A DNA stretch of 64,000 nt, taken from IMG/VR virus record IMGVR_UViG_3300007517_000005, positions 1-64,000 of that record; one strand, given 5' to 3'. Positions 19,561-31,300 of the stretch are shown piece after piece (the first letter of the stretch is position 1; each line of letters opens with the position of its first letter). The position numbers and the translations under genes are program-made. The notes beneath the pieces are model-generated. The model searched no databases. It saw only the letters and a program-made list of their open reading frames with translations, and was not told the DNA's origin. This DNA comes from a virus.

Positions 19561-20283
19561 TTACTCTACTTCCAATATTGACTTGATGGCACTATCCTTA
19601 TCCTTATACTCCAATCCCAAGGTAGTAGTTAATGCCTTTAAGGCTGCAACCTTCATAGACCTTAACTCATCCTCGCGCATCTCTTTAGGGGTTGGTGTAT
19701 ATAACACTGTAGGTTGGAGGCCCTCAATTATCGCTACATCAGATGAAGTAGTTGACTCAGCTACTTCCCTGCCGGGAGTGCTAACGACCTCCGCATATAC
19801 AGGGTACTCTTCAGGTCCTGTGGGCTCTACTAATACATCTACATAACTTACATCCTCCATAACAGCACTGGTGGTGGGGGCATTACTTAACCCCGCCCTC
19901 GCTAATGTCTCCAGTATGTGTGGGTTCTCTGTAGGGTCTTCAGGGGGTAGTAGTGCATTGCTCCTAATGGGGGGGGCGGGGTCAGCCACTAGATCCTGGT
20001 AACCACTTCCATACGCATACGCCTCACCTCTATCTTCAGCAGTACCTACCGCCTTATGCCCCTCCATGTACATGAACTCCCTATAGGGGTTAGAGGTTGA
20101 ATCTAAGTATAGTATCTCCTCCCTATCCCTTATAGGGTCTAGAGAGTACCACTCCCCTGTAGTTACCCAATACGATTTATCCTTGTAGTTGTACTGGAAT
20201 GGGGCACGTATTAGTATACGTACCATACCCTTATATACACTACTTACAGCTACTGGCTTTGTTATGGGCCTAGTAGAACCCAT
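19561..20283 (-). CDS. Hypothetical protein with a short C-terminal helical (Rho-N/SAP-like) motif; probable start MGSTRP
   Basis: ELRSMKVAALKAL...GL..K.K...IKSIL; ATG at 20283 avoids overlap with the upstream gene. Confidence 0.55.
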   Translation of the reverse strand: MGSTRPITKPVAVSSVYKGMVRILIRAPFQYNYKDKSYWVTTGEWYSLDPIRDREEILYLDSTSNPYREFMYMEGHKAVGTAEDRGEAYAYGSGYQDLVADPAPPIRSNALLPPEDPTENPHILETLARAGLSNAPTTSAVMEDVSYVDVLVEPTGPEEYPVYAEVVSTPGREVAESTTSSDVAIIEGLQPTVLYTPTPKEMREDELRSMKVAALKALTTTLGLEYKDKDSAIKSILEVE

Positions 20284-20320
20284 ATTATTACCAGCAGGGT
20301 CTAACGTACTATGTTGCTGA

Positions 20321-21517
20321 TTATGTCCCGTCAAAGAAGAACTCATACCTTTCCTCGATAGTTGCTGGTACACCTGCTGCCATCCCACACACTCTCGCGA
20401 GTAAAGTAGGGCACGCATAATATGTCAATCTACCACGTTGTGGCATAGGTAGACAAATACGGGCAGGGCTGAAGGCAGGGGCTAGGTAGATTGGATTCAC
20501 ACGGCCTAGTGATTGGACCTGATCCTTTGTATACCATGAGATGATCTTATCCTGCACTCCCCACTGCCCTGGTGCTAGGTTAGTAGTAATGTAATACTCC
20601 CAGTACCTACCGAACACAGTAGTCCACCCTAGACCAGTCACATCATCACAGTCCACACATGGATCCATTGGGAGTGCTGGTACTAATGGCCGTGTGACGT
20701 AAGCATACGCCTCTCTCAACGTCAATGCAGATGGGAAGTTTACTGCATACCCATTCGTCATTGCAGTAGCATCTGCAGCCGTTGGGTACAGTACTAATGT
20801 TTTCACCTTCTCAATGGGGATAGGTGGGGGGAATGTGCCAGGGGCTGCAATAGTCACCGTATTAGGGCGCAGTACTGCTGATGTCAGACCCTGGCTTGCC
20901 ATGAGGAGGGCAATCTCAGGGCCAGTCATACCCGCTAGTGCATCACTCTGTGGTCTATTATCTTGATCTACTGACTCTGCTATTACAAAGTCTACACCCA
21001 CAATAGGTAGGGGATTACCCATCAATTGAGGGTTCTGCATATCTTGTAAAGCAGTAGTGTACTGGTCATACACCGCTCTCTCTACGGGTGTAGCCACACC
21101 ATTAGCCATACGCTCCCATATCTCATTAATACCACCCGCTGCTGCAACTGCAGCCTCTACTGCCGATGGGAAGAAGTAATCTGCGTATGTATCTCCACCC
21201 GAGGTATACGTGAAGTAATTAGCACCCGCAGCCTCCGCAGCCGCCCTAGATGGGAACTCCGCATAGCGTGGTACAGCGTAGATGTTATAGCATGCACCAT
21301 CCCTTAACATCGCTGGGGGGATGCTGGCGAAGTTCAATGCGCCTCCTAATGGGAATGTGAATCCATCGAACTCTATCGCACCACCTGTGAATGTGACTGT
21401 ACTACCACCTAATGTGGCTACAGGGCGGCGCGTCACCCCTGCTAATACATATGGGACTGCTTGCCCCGGCCTACGCGCACCAGGCAGTACCTGATGTGAA
21501 TTCATTAATCCTGGCAT
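20321..21517 (-). CDS. Capsid-associated (decoration/cement) protein, putative
   Basis: Immediately downstream of the major capsid gene, with RBS. Confidence 0.5.
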   Translation of the reverse strand: MPGLMNSHQVLPGARRPGQAVPYVLAGVTRRPVATLGGSTVTFTGGAIEFDGFTFPLGGALNFASIPPAMLRDGACYNIYAVPRYAEFPSRAAAEAAGANYFTYTSGGDTYADYFFPSAVEAAVAAAGGINEIWERMANGVATPVERAVYDQYTTALQDMQNPQLMGNPLPIVGVDFVIAESVDQDNRPQSDALAGMTGPEIALLMASQGLTSAVLRPNTVTIAAPGTFPPPIPIEKVKTLVLYPTAADATAMTNGYAVNFPSALTLREAYAYVTRPLVPALPMDPCVDCDDVTGLGWTTVFGRYWEYYITTNLAPGQWGVQDKIISWYTKDQVQSLGRVNPIYLAPAFSPARICLPMPQRGRLTYYACPTLLARVCGMAAGVPATIEERYEFFFDGT

Positions 21518-21527
21518 AATCTATCTC

Positions 21528-22814
21528 CTAGTAAGGCATGAAGTTTAAGTCACCTTGTAGCGAGAGGCGATTATTGATGTCCCCTATAGATGCTACTGTC
21601 ATGTGTACCACACGGTATGGATACGTCAAGTAAGGCATACCTGCATTACCCATTTGTAGGTACATGCCAGGGGCCGCAGGTATATGCGTCTCCATATTAG
21701 TCCTAGACCATATGCCCGGCTTACCATCTGGACTCTCACCAATACAGAACTGTGTACGACCAGGTGCTTGTGCCTCACCCGATGGACTCTTCTCACTAAT
21801 GAACACTACCTTGTTCTTAGGCCAGATACGCTTATTGATGCCATCTACAGGGTCAATGAACTGTGTATCTACTTCACGAATCTGCAACCCTGCAATGGCC
21901 GTAATCATACCATCAGGGCCGAATTGAATGAACTGACTGTACTGACTGGTACCACCTTGTTCAATATTCAATCCACTGCCATTCTGGTACATCATCATCT
22001 GCCCAGTAGACCATCGAGAGATGTTACTAGTTGATAACACAGACCTTAACTCTGGTGACATATACATTGCCGTCAAGTCTGACTTATGTGTCATCTTGAA
22101 CCAGTGCTTGATGGCTTGGATAGTGTATACGTAATCACTGTATGGGTCAGCCCACGAGATACCTACATTCTGGGGGTTGATGGAGTTGGTGTCCTCGAAT
22201 GACCTGAATACACGGGCCTCATTCCTCCCCCCTATACCAGTAGTCACGTTATAACTGAATAGGTTATACGCAGGTATATTACTCGCTACATCTGTAAACA
22301 CTCCAGTCCTAGGGTCTGTATAGCGTATACCACCCAGTAACATACGTGCCCTGAACACATCCCATGTAAGGTTATGCTCCGCTACCATCGTGGCAATCAT
22401 CTTCTGGATCTGCTCACCAGTAGGGTATGGGTCATTACAATTCCTTACCCTGTTATTGATCTCCCCATAACATAGCGATGTACTCTGCCTAATGAATAGA
22501 GGCTGTACATAGAACATCCTCTCCCTACCATAGTTTGGGCCTACTAATACGTCGGGCTTACATGGGAGTACAATTGGGAAGATAGTGTGATTGGGCTCCA
22601 TTGATTGACGCACCACTACAGTCTGTGCTTCAATTGTCTCTACCGGGAATAGCTCCGTCAATGGAGTCACACCTAGCATGGGGATGTATGATTCCGCTAA
22701 CTCTGTGAATACACGCCCCCATTGCGCTTCTGTAGTGCCTGTCGTAACCCATGGAGAGATGTATGGTCCAAAGTTATAAGGCCCGTTAGGTTGTGTCTGT
22801 AATCCTTGTGGCAT
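21528..22814 (-). CDS. Major capsid protein (HK97 fold, gpE-like)
   Basis: 428 aa following the protease; LFP..T, ARMLLGGI.Y, IWPKNKVVF and GMPYL.YP pattern. Confidence 0.8.
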   Translation of the reverse strand: MPQGLQTQPNGPYNFGPYISPWVTTGTTEAQWGRVFTELAESYIPMLGVTPLTELFPVETIEAQTVVVRQSMEPNHTIFPIVLPCKPDVLVGPNYGRERMFYVQPLFIRQSTSLCYGEINNRVRNCNDPYPTGEQIQKMIATMVAEHNLTWDVFRARMLLGGIRYTDPRTGVFTDVASNIPAYNLFSYNVTTGIGGRNEARVFRSFEDTNSINPQNVGISWADPYSDYVYTIQAIKHWFKMTHKSDLTAMYMSPELRSVLSTSNISRWSTGQMMMYQNGSGLNIEQGGTSQYSQFIQFGPDGMITAIAGLQIREVDTQFIDPVDGINKRIWPKNKVVFISEKSPSGEAQAPGRTQFCIGESPDGKPGIWSRTNMETHIPAAPGMYLQMGNAGMPYLTYPYRVVHMTVASIGDINNRLSLQGDLNFMPY

Positions 22815-22846
22815 GTTTCCTTTACCTTATATATTGCGTATATTAG

Positions 22847-24088
22847 TTAGATAGATGTCCTAGTAGCCTTCTGGCGATTCTCAGCAGCTACCTTCTTCAA
22901 GTAACCCTCGACACCGCCTTCTTGCTCTGTGGGCATACCTGCTAGGCCTACCTGGTGTGTCACTACTGGTGTTTGTTGTAAGGCACCCACTAATAGGTCT
23001 CTGATACTATCCATTAACGATGTCTCTACTTCCACACCACCCTGAGATAACTTTACTACCTCACCCTTAGACTCCAATGCCTGCCTAATGGCTGCGTAAC
23101 GGTTCACAATTACAGCACTCGCACCCATACTCATTAATTGGTTGACCTCTGCCTCCTGCGCTGCACGTGACGCATGATTGCTATACATCGACGCATTGGT
23201 CTCCGCCTTAGCTAATCTGTCCCTCAACTCCACTAACTCCGCCTTAGCTAATGCACTAACCCTCTCTGTCTCTGCATCCACTACCGCCTTAGCACGAGCT
23301 TCTTCTTCTTTCACACGCTCCTGGTCAGCCTTTACCTTCGCTAAGATAGCTGTTGTGATGGCCTCTACATCCACACCAGGGTGTAAAGTAGATGCCGCTG
23401 ATGCTACTGCTTGGGGGATGTTTGTACTCGGTGTAATCGCATTAATCACTGGTGCTAATTCCACAGGGATTGCCACTTGGGGAATTGCCTCTGGGATACT
23501 TGTCGCTGCACCAGTTGTGGGTGATGCTTGCTCAGGGATAGATTGTCCTGTCATATTGATCTCTCCTTGTATATTCGTGGATAATCTCATCACACTAGTT
23601 ATAACCTCCACAGGGGCGTCACCTTGTGATAGTAACTGGACCTTCTCATCTACACCCCATGGGAGGTATGGTGTATTAGTTAAGGCCACACGACTAATCG
23701 CCATGCCCCTACGCTCACCATTACCCTTATCTAATAGGTTCCTGATGAACTCACCAGATGAGTACTCATACCCCCCTTCTGCCACTATATTGGCTGTGCC
23801 AGGGGCCACATTGAAGTAACCATCTAAGTTATCCCCATTTACCATCAAGTACTTCAAATCACCCCTCTTACGGGCTGAGTCTGTACTATTAGGCTCTTCA
23901 TCTAAATGACCGAAGGTTAAGTGAGTCTCAAATCCCAGCGCCCTTTCATTGAAGTTCGTTATCGCATCAGTGAAGTCCTGGGCAGTGAATGCTACCGTAC
24001 CGTACGTATCATGTTTCCACGATCCTACCTTCGCGATAGGTACCTTCAGTATGTTATGGGAGTTTAACTCCCCCATTGCTTCTACCAT
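22847..24088 (-). CDS. Prohead protease/scaffold (Mu gpI-like)
   Basis: GSWKH..YG, FGH, YEYSSGEF, VALTNTPYL; C-terminal coiled-coil scaffold. Confidence 0.85.
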   Translation of the reverse strand: MVEAMGELNSHNILKVPIAKVGSWKHDTYGTVAFTAQDFTDAITNFNERALGFETHLTFGHLDEEPNSTDSARKRGDLKYLMVNGDNLDGYFNVAPGTANIVAEGGYEYSSGEFIRNLLDKGNGERRGMAISRVALTNTPYLPWGVDEKVQLLSQGDAPVEVITSVMRLSTNIQGEINMTGQSIPEQASPTTGAATSIPEAIPQVAIPVELAPVINAITPSTNIPQAVASAASTLHPGVDVEAITTAILAKVKADQERVKEEEARAKAVVDAETERVSALAKAELVELRDRLAKAETNASMYSNHASRAAQEAEVNQLMSMGASAVIVNRYAAIRQALESKGEVVKLSQGGVEVETSLMDSIRDLLVGALQQTPVVTHQVGLAGMPTEQEGGVEGYLKKVAAENRQKATRTSI

Positions 24089-24259
24089 TGTACTCTCCGT
24101 ACATTACACTCCCCTAGGGTCGCAGCCATGCGGCACTCCTTTGCACGGCACTACATTAGAGTATCACGTGCCCTCTATTTATCTCTCTTACCACACGCTA
24201 AATGCTCTATGTATGTATAATGTGTGGATTGTGCACATATTTATAACTATCAAACAAAC

Positions 24260-24649
24260 ATGAGACAATTACATTGGTACGCTGTCCAATACCACATACT
24301 GCAGAAGGCTATGGCTGGTGTAGTAATAGATGTCCTTGTAGAGCATGCCCCCACCATTGCCTACCGCAAAGCTAAGGGTAAACAACAAATCATCTCACTA
24401 CCACCAGATGATGATATATACCTCTACGTATACAGCAGCATGATAATGGAAGGGTACATCTTAGTGCCCTCCCCAGATAATACAGTACATCTATGCAGTG
24501 GTGGTTCTGCTATATATAATGTCACTGACTCTACCTGCACGTGTCCCGCCTATACCTATAAGGGGATGGCCTGTAAACATATGCAGATGCTTAAAGGTTA
24601 TTCAGTTTATAGGCTTAGAGCTATGGCATTACGTTCTAAAGCTATGTAA
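24260..24649 (+). CDS. SWIM zinc-finger protein
   Basis: Y.V..STCTCPAYTYKGMACKH (CxC-xn-CxH). Confidence 0.75.
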   Translation: MRQLHWYAVQYHILQKAMAGVVIDVLVEHAPTIAYRKAKGKQQIISLPPDDDIYLYVYSSMIMEGYILVPSPDNTVHLCSGGSAIYNVTDSTCTCPAYTYKGMACKHMQMLKGYSVYRLRAMALRSKAM

Positions 24650-25748
24650 TGCCCCTATATAATCTACAATCATACACAGAACTATTTAGTACCCTGACCT
24701 CTATACAGTTTAATCCAGGCACTACACCCTTACTCATACCCTGTGGGAACTTGTACTCTGGCGAGTAACTGATATCTACACCTAAGCCAGCCTGTAAGTA
24801 TAAGTAGAATATCATACCAGGGTCTGCACCAGTAATAGTCCCTAACTCACCATCACTCTGGTACGTGTGTAGCTGCATCGTACCATCGAAGGCTATAGGA
24901 TACCATACTGCTGTAGCCCCCGTATTCTTTACTTCATAGTCTACTAATTGTACCGATAACTTACTACTCAATGTTAAAGAGGTACCACTTACAGGGCCCG
25001 TGAATGTAGCACCACTTAATGCAGCTAAGCCCGGCGCTTCTAATAGTACTGTATCCCCTGTCGTCGATAACCTTAATGTGGGGCCGGTGGTAATAGTTCT
25101 ATACTGCAGGATCGTGCCTACCTTCCCATTATATATACCTACACCTACCCCTACATTCACACCACTATTACTCTCTCCAGGGGGTGTACTAGTAATGCCC
25201 ATCACCCTTCCTTTCGTATCAATGGATAGTGTAGGGTTTGTATACGTACCCGCTAACACTCCTGTGGGCTTTAGTAATGGGTTAGGGTATCCTCCTATTA
25301 AATCTCCACCAGCTAACCCTGAAGGGGGCATAGATGTTGGATAATCAGGTATAGATATACCAGGGGTGTGAGTGTGTGAGTCTGGTATTACTGATGGGGA
25401 AGGGTACTGCCCCGATAGATCACCACCTGCTGTACCACGTGGGGGTGCACTATCCCCTTCCATAGAGAACCTCACCCACGTTGGTGCTGTGTCTAGTAAT
25501 ACGAACACCTCGTCTGTGTCTACTTGTCTACACAATTTACCTACATCTGTATTGGTAGAGGTCACCGCCAATCTAGCTAACTTATTAGGGAACACCCACG
25601 CAAATGGGGCATGTACTTCCTTCGGTGGTAAATCCCTATGATTTAATACATCAACACCCTGCGGTAATTCATTAGTAGGGATAGATACCTGTACATCCCT
25701 TACCTCACCCGTAGGTAATGTTACCTTAATAGTTCCTTCTATGATCAT
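24642..25748 (-). CDS. Fibre/appendage-like structural protein
   Basis: Repeated P.G.AGGDL.G.YP.P; GV.AGTYTNPT.++D.KGRV motif common in fibres. Confidence 0.6.
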   Translation of the reverse strand: MIIEGTIKVTLPTGEVRDVQVSIPTNELPQGVDVLNHRDLPPKEVHAPFAWVFPNKLARLAVTSTNTDVGKLCRQVDTDEVFVLLDTAPTWVRFSMEGDSAPPRGTAGGDLSGQYPSPSVIPDSHTHTPGISIPDYPTSMPPSGLAGGDLIGGYPNPLLKPTGVLAGTYTNPTLSIDTKGRVMGITSTPPGESNSGVNVGVGVGIYNGKVGTILQYRTITTGPTLRLSTTGDTVLLEAPGLAALSGATFTGPVSGTSLTLSSKLSVQLVDYEVKNTGATAVWYPIAFDGTMQLHTYQSDGELGTITGADPGMIFYLYLQAGLGVDISYSPEYKFPQGMSKGVVPGLNCIEVRVLNSSVYDCRLYRGIT

Positions 25749-25796
25749 TTGATAGCCCTCTTAATAGACTGTGTTTGACTTAGGTTTAGATCTCTT

Positions 25797-27227
25797 TTAT
25801 GAGCCTATACTAGGCTTTGTACTATCTACAGTCGGTACCGCTGCTGCTTGTTTACTACGCTTCTTACTCCTGGGGAATGAGAGTAGGTCACGTACATGAT
25901 TATTATCTATATCATCTGAAGAGTCTATGTACCCTTTATCGGTCATCATGGCTATTGCATCTACTAATACCTTAGTCTCACTCCACCTTATTGGTAACTG
26001 CGGTAAGTCCCCGTAATCGTACGCTGCAGGAACAACCCTAGGATCGAAGTTGTACTGTATTAACTGCGCTACTACTGATGATAGGAAGTCCTGCGTAACC
26101 CTCTGATATATGCTCGTTATGAAGTGGTGGTACATCTCCACCTGCCTCTCCGATGACTGCCCTGAACCTAACCCACTATTAGTATCTCTCATTATTAAGT
26201 TGGGTATGTTCAATCCCGTCATCATCTGCAGGTCGCACATATTGATGGCATCCGTAAAGGCAGATGCAAAGTTACTACCGGTAGTCAATGCCTCTAACTT
26301 CACGGGCTGGTCTACACTTAACTGTGTCAACACTAACCCCACTTCACTCCTCATCTCCGATAGTTCCCTCGCTACTACCTCATGGTAGAACATAGGCCTA
26401 TCCTCTGTAGGGTGCTGCTCATCTGATTGCTGTATTGGTACTATCGCATATACTATCGGGGTGCCATACCTATCCAATGCCACCATCATTAGATCTAATA
26501 TAGACCTCTTGAATAAGTGGTACTCAAATACTGCTGTCAACATGGACTCACCCTCTGGGTTATTGCCCATCCCCTCGTGCACTGTGTGGCAGAACTTGCC
26601 CTTATTTAATCTAACCCATCCCCCTACTGTAGATGTATCCATGGGCTTGGGTACCCATATACCTGTCTGATTGAAGTCCATACCTACTGATGTAGTATTA
26701 GGTACTTTCTCCCCATGCGTTAACATACCATTAGCATTTACTACATACCTGACTTCTGTCGGGTGGTACGTTACTACATCAGTTAACCAAGTCTGTGCCT
26801 CAGATCTAGGTCCTATTTTACCACACCATATGGCTTCCCCTAACCCATCCCCCGCCCATAGACTTTGATACGTTAGATCCTTCAACCACTTCTTCACACC
26901 CCCCTTTAAATTAGCTGCTACAAACTCCTCAATCATAGGGTGTGAGTGTGCGAAGGGGCCCGCCATTGCCGCTACAGAAGAAGCAATCATATTCAATGCC
27001 TCTTTAAAGACTGGCTCATTGATCCTAGCGTAATCGTATGCCGCTAATAAACCAGGGTCTCTGCGCCTCCTCGTCTGGAATGTCTCCCCTGTAGATATTA
27101 AAGGGGTCGCGCGCCCCAACATACCCATCTTTCTTGGTTGTCTCCTTATTAGAGCACTAGTCCCCACGGGGGGTAATGTACTCAACCCTGATTCCTTACC
27201 GCCCGTCGGGTGCTGATCCATTATCAC
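25797..27227 (-). CDS. Portal protein (DUF935 / Mu gp29-like)
   Basis: NNPEGESML...FK....M..ALDRYGTP; LIQYNF. Confidence 0.85.
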   Translation of the reverse strand: MIMDQHPTGGKESGLSTLPPVGTSALIRRQPRKMGMLGRATPLISTGETFQTRRRRDPGLLAAYDYARINEPVFKEALNMIASSVAAMAGPFAHSHPMIEEFVAANLKGGVKKWLKDLTYQSLWAGDGLGEAIWCGKIGPRSEAQTWLTDVVTYHPTEVRYVVNANGMLTHGEKVPNTTSVGMDFNQTGIWVPKPMDTSTVGGWVRLNKGKFCHTVHEGMGNNPEGESMLTAVFEYHLFKRSILDLMMVALDRYGTPIVYAIVPIQQSDEQHPTEDRPMFYHEVVARELSEMRSEVGLVLTQLSVDQPVKLEALTTGSNFASAFTDAINMCDLQMMTGLNIPNLIMRDTNSGLGSGQSSERQVEMYHHFITSIYQRVTQDFLSSVVAQLIQYNFDPRVVPAAYDYGDLPQLPIRWSETKVLVDAIAMMTDKGYIDSSDDIDNNHVRDLLSFPRSKKRSKQAAAVPTVDSTKPSIGS

Positions 27228-27306
27228 TCCATATAAACGCCCCCTGTAAAGGCTAGGTTCGCTATGCTACCCCCCAAGGGTCGTAGCCATACGGCACTCA
27301 GCCCTG

Positions 27307-28190
27307 CTACATCTTTGGTAATGCTATGTCGTGGAATAGACTCCTCTGTGGTGTCCTATCTTCCATAGCTTGCTTGATCTCATTAGTCTTCTCCTGCGTC
27401 TTCTTCTCACGCTCGGAGATAAACCCATTCACGGCCTTGACTACCGCCTTTCTATCGAAGAACCCTAACTCTAACCAACTTTTACCTAGTGGCAGTGATG
27501 TCGCATTGGCTATCGCTACCCAGTTATCTAACTCTAATCTCTTAACCGTATCCTCTACGGTGTAGATTATGTGAGCCTCCCATATATTGGGGATCTCTGG
27601 GTCGTACTCTGCTACTAGATTACAAAACCTACGCGGTATGAGTCTACTACGGGAAGCATACCCTGCCTGCGGATCCTTTAAGTGTAATGGTAATGCTACA
27701 CGGCCCTCACTATAACCTAGTGGGGCCGCTGCCCTTGCATACCATGCCGTAGCATCTCTTAAGGTGTGCCACCAGGGGCCTTCGCAGGAGACCTTCTCCC
27801 ACCAGATGCTGGGGGAGTGGCCATCGATGCCATGAGCTTTTTTGCCTGCTCTTGCGCCTGCGCCCTTAACTTATCGTCAATGAATGCAATCGTCATGAAT
27901 AACTCAAGGAAGTACTGTACCTCCTTCGGGTCCCACTCCATAAACAATTGGATTGGGTCTCTCCCAAACTCTACTTGCTGACCCATCTCATCTACTACAC
28001 GCTGCCCATCTACTTCTACAATAGATGCCGCTGCCATTAACTCCTCTAATGTATAACCCTGCTCCCTTGGATTATTACCCGCATACGATTGATACTGCTT
28101 TGCCAGATACACACGATCCTCGAATGTGAACTGCCGTACCTTGACCTCACGGCCCGATGGTAATACTACTGGGTATAATACTGAATCCAT
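27307..28190 (-). CDS. Tail assembly chaperone -1 frameshift fusion (gpGT-like, about 294 aa)
   Basis: The -1 frame is open for 177 codons from the slippery site (27840) to TAG at 27309-27307 with no usable upstream start. Confidence 0.8.
27759..28190 (-). CDS. Tail assembly chaperone (gpG-like)
   Basis: V.LPSGREVKVR..T..D N-terminus; slippery A AAA AAG at 27843-27837. Confidence 0.75.
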   Translation of the reverse strand: MDSVLYPVVLPSGREVKVRQFTFEDRVYLAKQYQSYAGNNPREQGYTLEELMAAASIVEVDGQRVVDEMGQQVEFGRDPIQLFMEWDPKEVQYFLELFMTIAFIDDKLRAQAQEQAKKLMASMATPPASGGRRSPAKAPGGTP

Positions 28191-28339
28191 TTTGCTCTTA
28201 CCTACTATTGGTTATTACTTACTACATCTATTCCTATACGCCGATATGTTACACATAGTGGGCATTTATAAGATGAGTACACGCACGGTGTGTGCCCCCT
28301 CTGATGTAAGTCGCTACGCTCCAGGTGTGCGATACTACC

Positions 28340-31300
28340 TTATCCTACCACGTTTACTTCCCAATCATCCCCTTCTGAGTAATCACTCTCACCACTTGGG
28401 TATGCACTGAAGTCCGTAGTGGGATTATCCATCACATACGATACCTCTATAGCCGCTCTCATAGGGTCTCCATCATCATCCATTACCGTACCCTCACCCA
28501 CTTGCGCTAATCTCTCCCCTATCATATCCTGCCTCTTTGATTCTGTTTCTGACATACTCCTCACGAAGCTCTCTACAATGCCTAGTGATGGTATTAAGTT
28601 AGTGCCATGCACTGCTACCTCCCCCCCTATTACGGATGTGAGCATCCCTAGTACAGATGATAGTACTGCACCTCCTAATGTATTGGAGGCCGCCTTCCAC
28701 CCCTTGTACCTATCTACATCCATAGGTCTATCTACACGTAAGGGGCTAAACTTAGATAGTATCCTCTCCGCACCACCCATAATGGCAGGGGCTATTACCG
28801 CTGCACCCATAAAGAACCCTACCTCTCTACCAACCCATCTCCTTACCCACTCCCCCTCATCCTGTGAACCCTTAGACTCCGCATGTGCCATCCTCGCTCT
28901 AAATGATTGCCCTAGTACTGACGCCACACCTGGTCTACCCATTTGCGAGTACCCTAACATCGATACCGTCCCACCCACTACCTGCCCTATTGTATTCTCG
29001 TTGATAGAGCCGGTCGCCATTAGTGAACCTAAGAGTGTGAGCCCTGCACCCAATACCATGTCATTCATGTCGTGCATCCTACCTACGGCATCGTGCATCT
29101 CCTGACTATGCCTTGCATGACTAGCCGCCTGAGCTCCTGGATTCATGCCCGTTAGTACTGCCCTAGGGGGATTTGATGTTACTGCCTGTGCCCTCAAGGC
29201 AGCACTAATTATAGGCGTAGACGCATCGCCCATCTCTCTACCCCGTATCTCTCTGGTCTCCGCCTGGTGCAGTGGATCTCTTGCCTCTACTATGGCCTCT
29301 TGTGACGCCTGCTGCGCTGTCATACCCTTGGATACCTTCTGCTCGGATAGTCTCCGGATGGTCGCTGATAATACTTCAGCTTCTGGTAATGATGCCCCTA
29401 ACGCACTACTGATTGTGCCAGCCCATGATTGATCTGAGTGCATGGTCTGACTATTGAACGCATCCCCTATATTATCTAGTAATCGTCTCCTCTGTCCTGT
29501 TGATGTAGCCTCTAATGCTACATCCAAGAACCCCATGGGGGAGCTATGCTCACCTATCACCTCCCCCGCGCTATTCCTTACATTGAACTTCCTATAACTC
29601 TCCCCCTCCCCTAATGGGTCATCATGGTACCCTACACGTATACCCCCATCCTTCTTATTGATGACCCTTACGCCTACACCACTCACACTATTCAACTCAA
29701 GGAAGCTCCTACCACCTTGAGTCTGACCTAGTACCTGCTCCATACCTGTACTATCGCCCATGAAGTCCTTCATCACGGTCATGTAATGTGAGGCAGCCTC
29801 TGGGTCTATGCCATTCATACTACTATTCATTAGGGCTATCGTTATATCTGTATCCGCTAACTCCGTTGATATGCCTGACATTGTCTGAGACCTACCGCCC
29901 CCTAACTTCCCTGCCTTCTTCCTCAATGTCTCTAATGTGACGAACTGATTCAATCCCTCCCCTACACTACCGAAGATAGGGTCTGTCTGTTTCCTCCCTT
30001 CATCTACTAACGCCAGCATTAAGGCCTTGTTCTTGCTCGAAGCTTCATCCCACCACTCATTCGCATCCTTTGATAGGGCCGCCCCTATGTCAGCCTTCAA
30101 TGAGGGGTCGGATATGAACTTCCTATCCATAGCCTCATCCCGATCCACATCCTCCCCAACCCCTAAGAAGCCACGTATGCCACTCCATATTGTATCTAGG
30201 AATGGTTGATTGTCTTTTGACCCTAGTTCGTAGCGGAAGGCAGTAATCGTAGCTCTCATGTCCCTCGCTACTTTGTACCTGACTACATCCCCAATAGTCC
30301 CATCTGATACATCCACACCCCTATCGCGCATCTCACTACTCAAGCGCGTCATCTCCTCATTAGATGAGATCTTGTACTCCTTACTCAAAAATGCTATAGA
30401 ACTATCATCTATGCCTGTCAGGGGCTTACCATATACATTATTACTTGATGTCTCTATCAGGGTACTTAACTGCATGTATGACCGTAATCCAGGGCCAGGG
30501 CCTAACTTACCCGCCATCTCACTCAAGACTGCCCTCGCACTCGCATCATCCCCCTGGTCAATGTACTTCTGGTACTCCCCATGTGTCTTCTGTAAATCAC
30601 CTAATACATCCGTGTCCCCCTTGAATTTGATACTATCCCTTAGTAGCTGCTGTGCACTCTTCATGAATGCCTGCAATGACTCCGCTCTCTTCGCCTCTAT
30701 ATGTACCTGATTGAATGTCCCCTCTACATCATCTGCCATAGTGGTACCAGCATAGTACTCCTTCATACTATCCATCACGGTACTGCCACCCTCACCGCCT
30801 AGTACATGCGATAGAGCTATTAAGGGACTATCGCGGAATAAGGTACCCACTAGGGCATTGTATGACTTACCTAATATGTCACCGCCCGCTACCCCTAATG
30901 TCTTCGTTAACATGTCATATACTGTGGGGCTCATTGATGCACCACTACCCATACCCATATACTTACTGTAATTGGATACTGCTACCTCTGATGATGATAG
31001 TTGGGCCGCACCCTCCATTAGGCTACTACTTACATCCTGCTCAGGCTTAGCTAAGATAGACTCCATCATCTTAGTTATTACGTCTGCTCTCAATGATGGG
31101 TTGTTTGTTAATAGCTCCCTGAAGTGATTATCAGACACATCCTTCAACATCACTGACGTATCTATATTGGAGGTAGATAATGCCTCACTTATTGATGCAC
31201 CCTGCTTGAGTGATGATAATGCACTTCTGAAGTCCTCTGTTGCATGTATAGACTCCATCGTCGCATGTAACGCCATGATGTTATTATCGTGCGCTACCCC

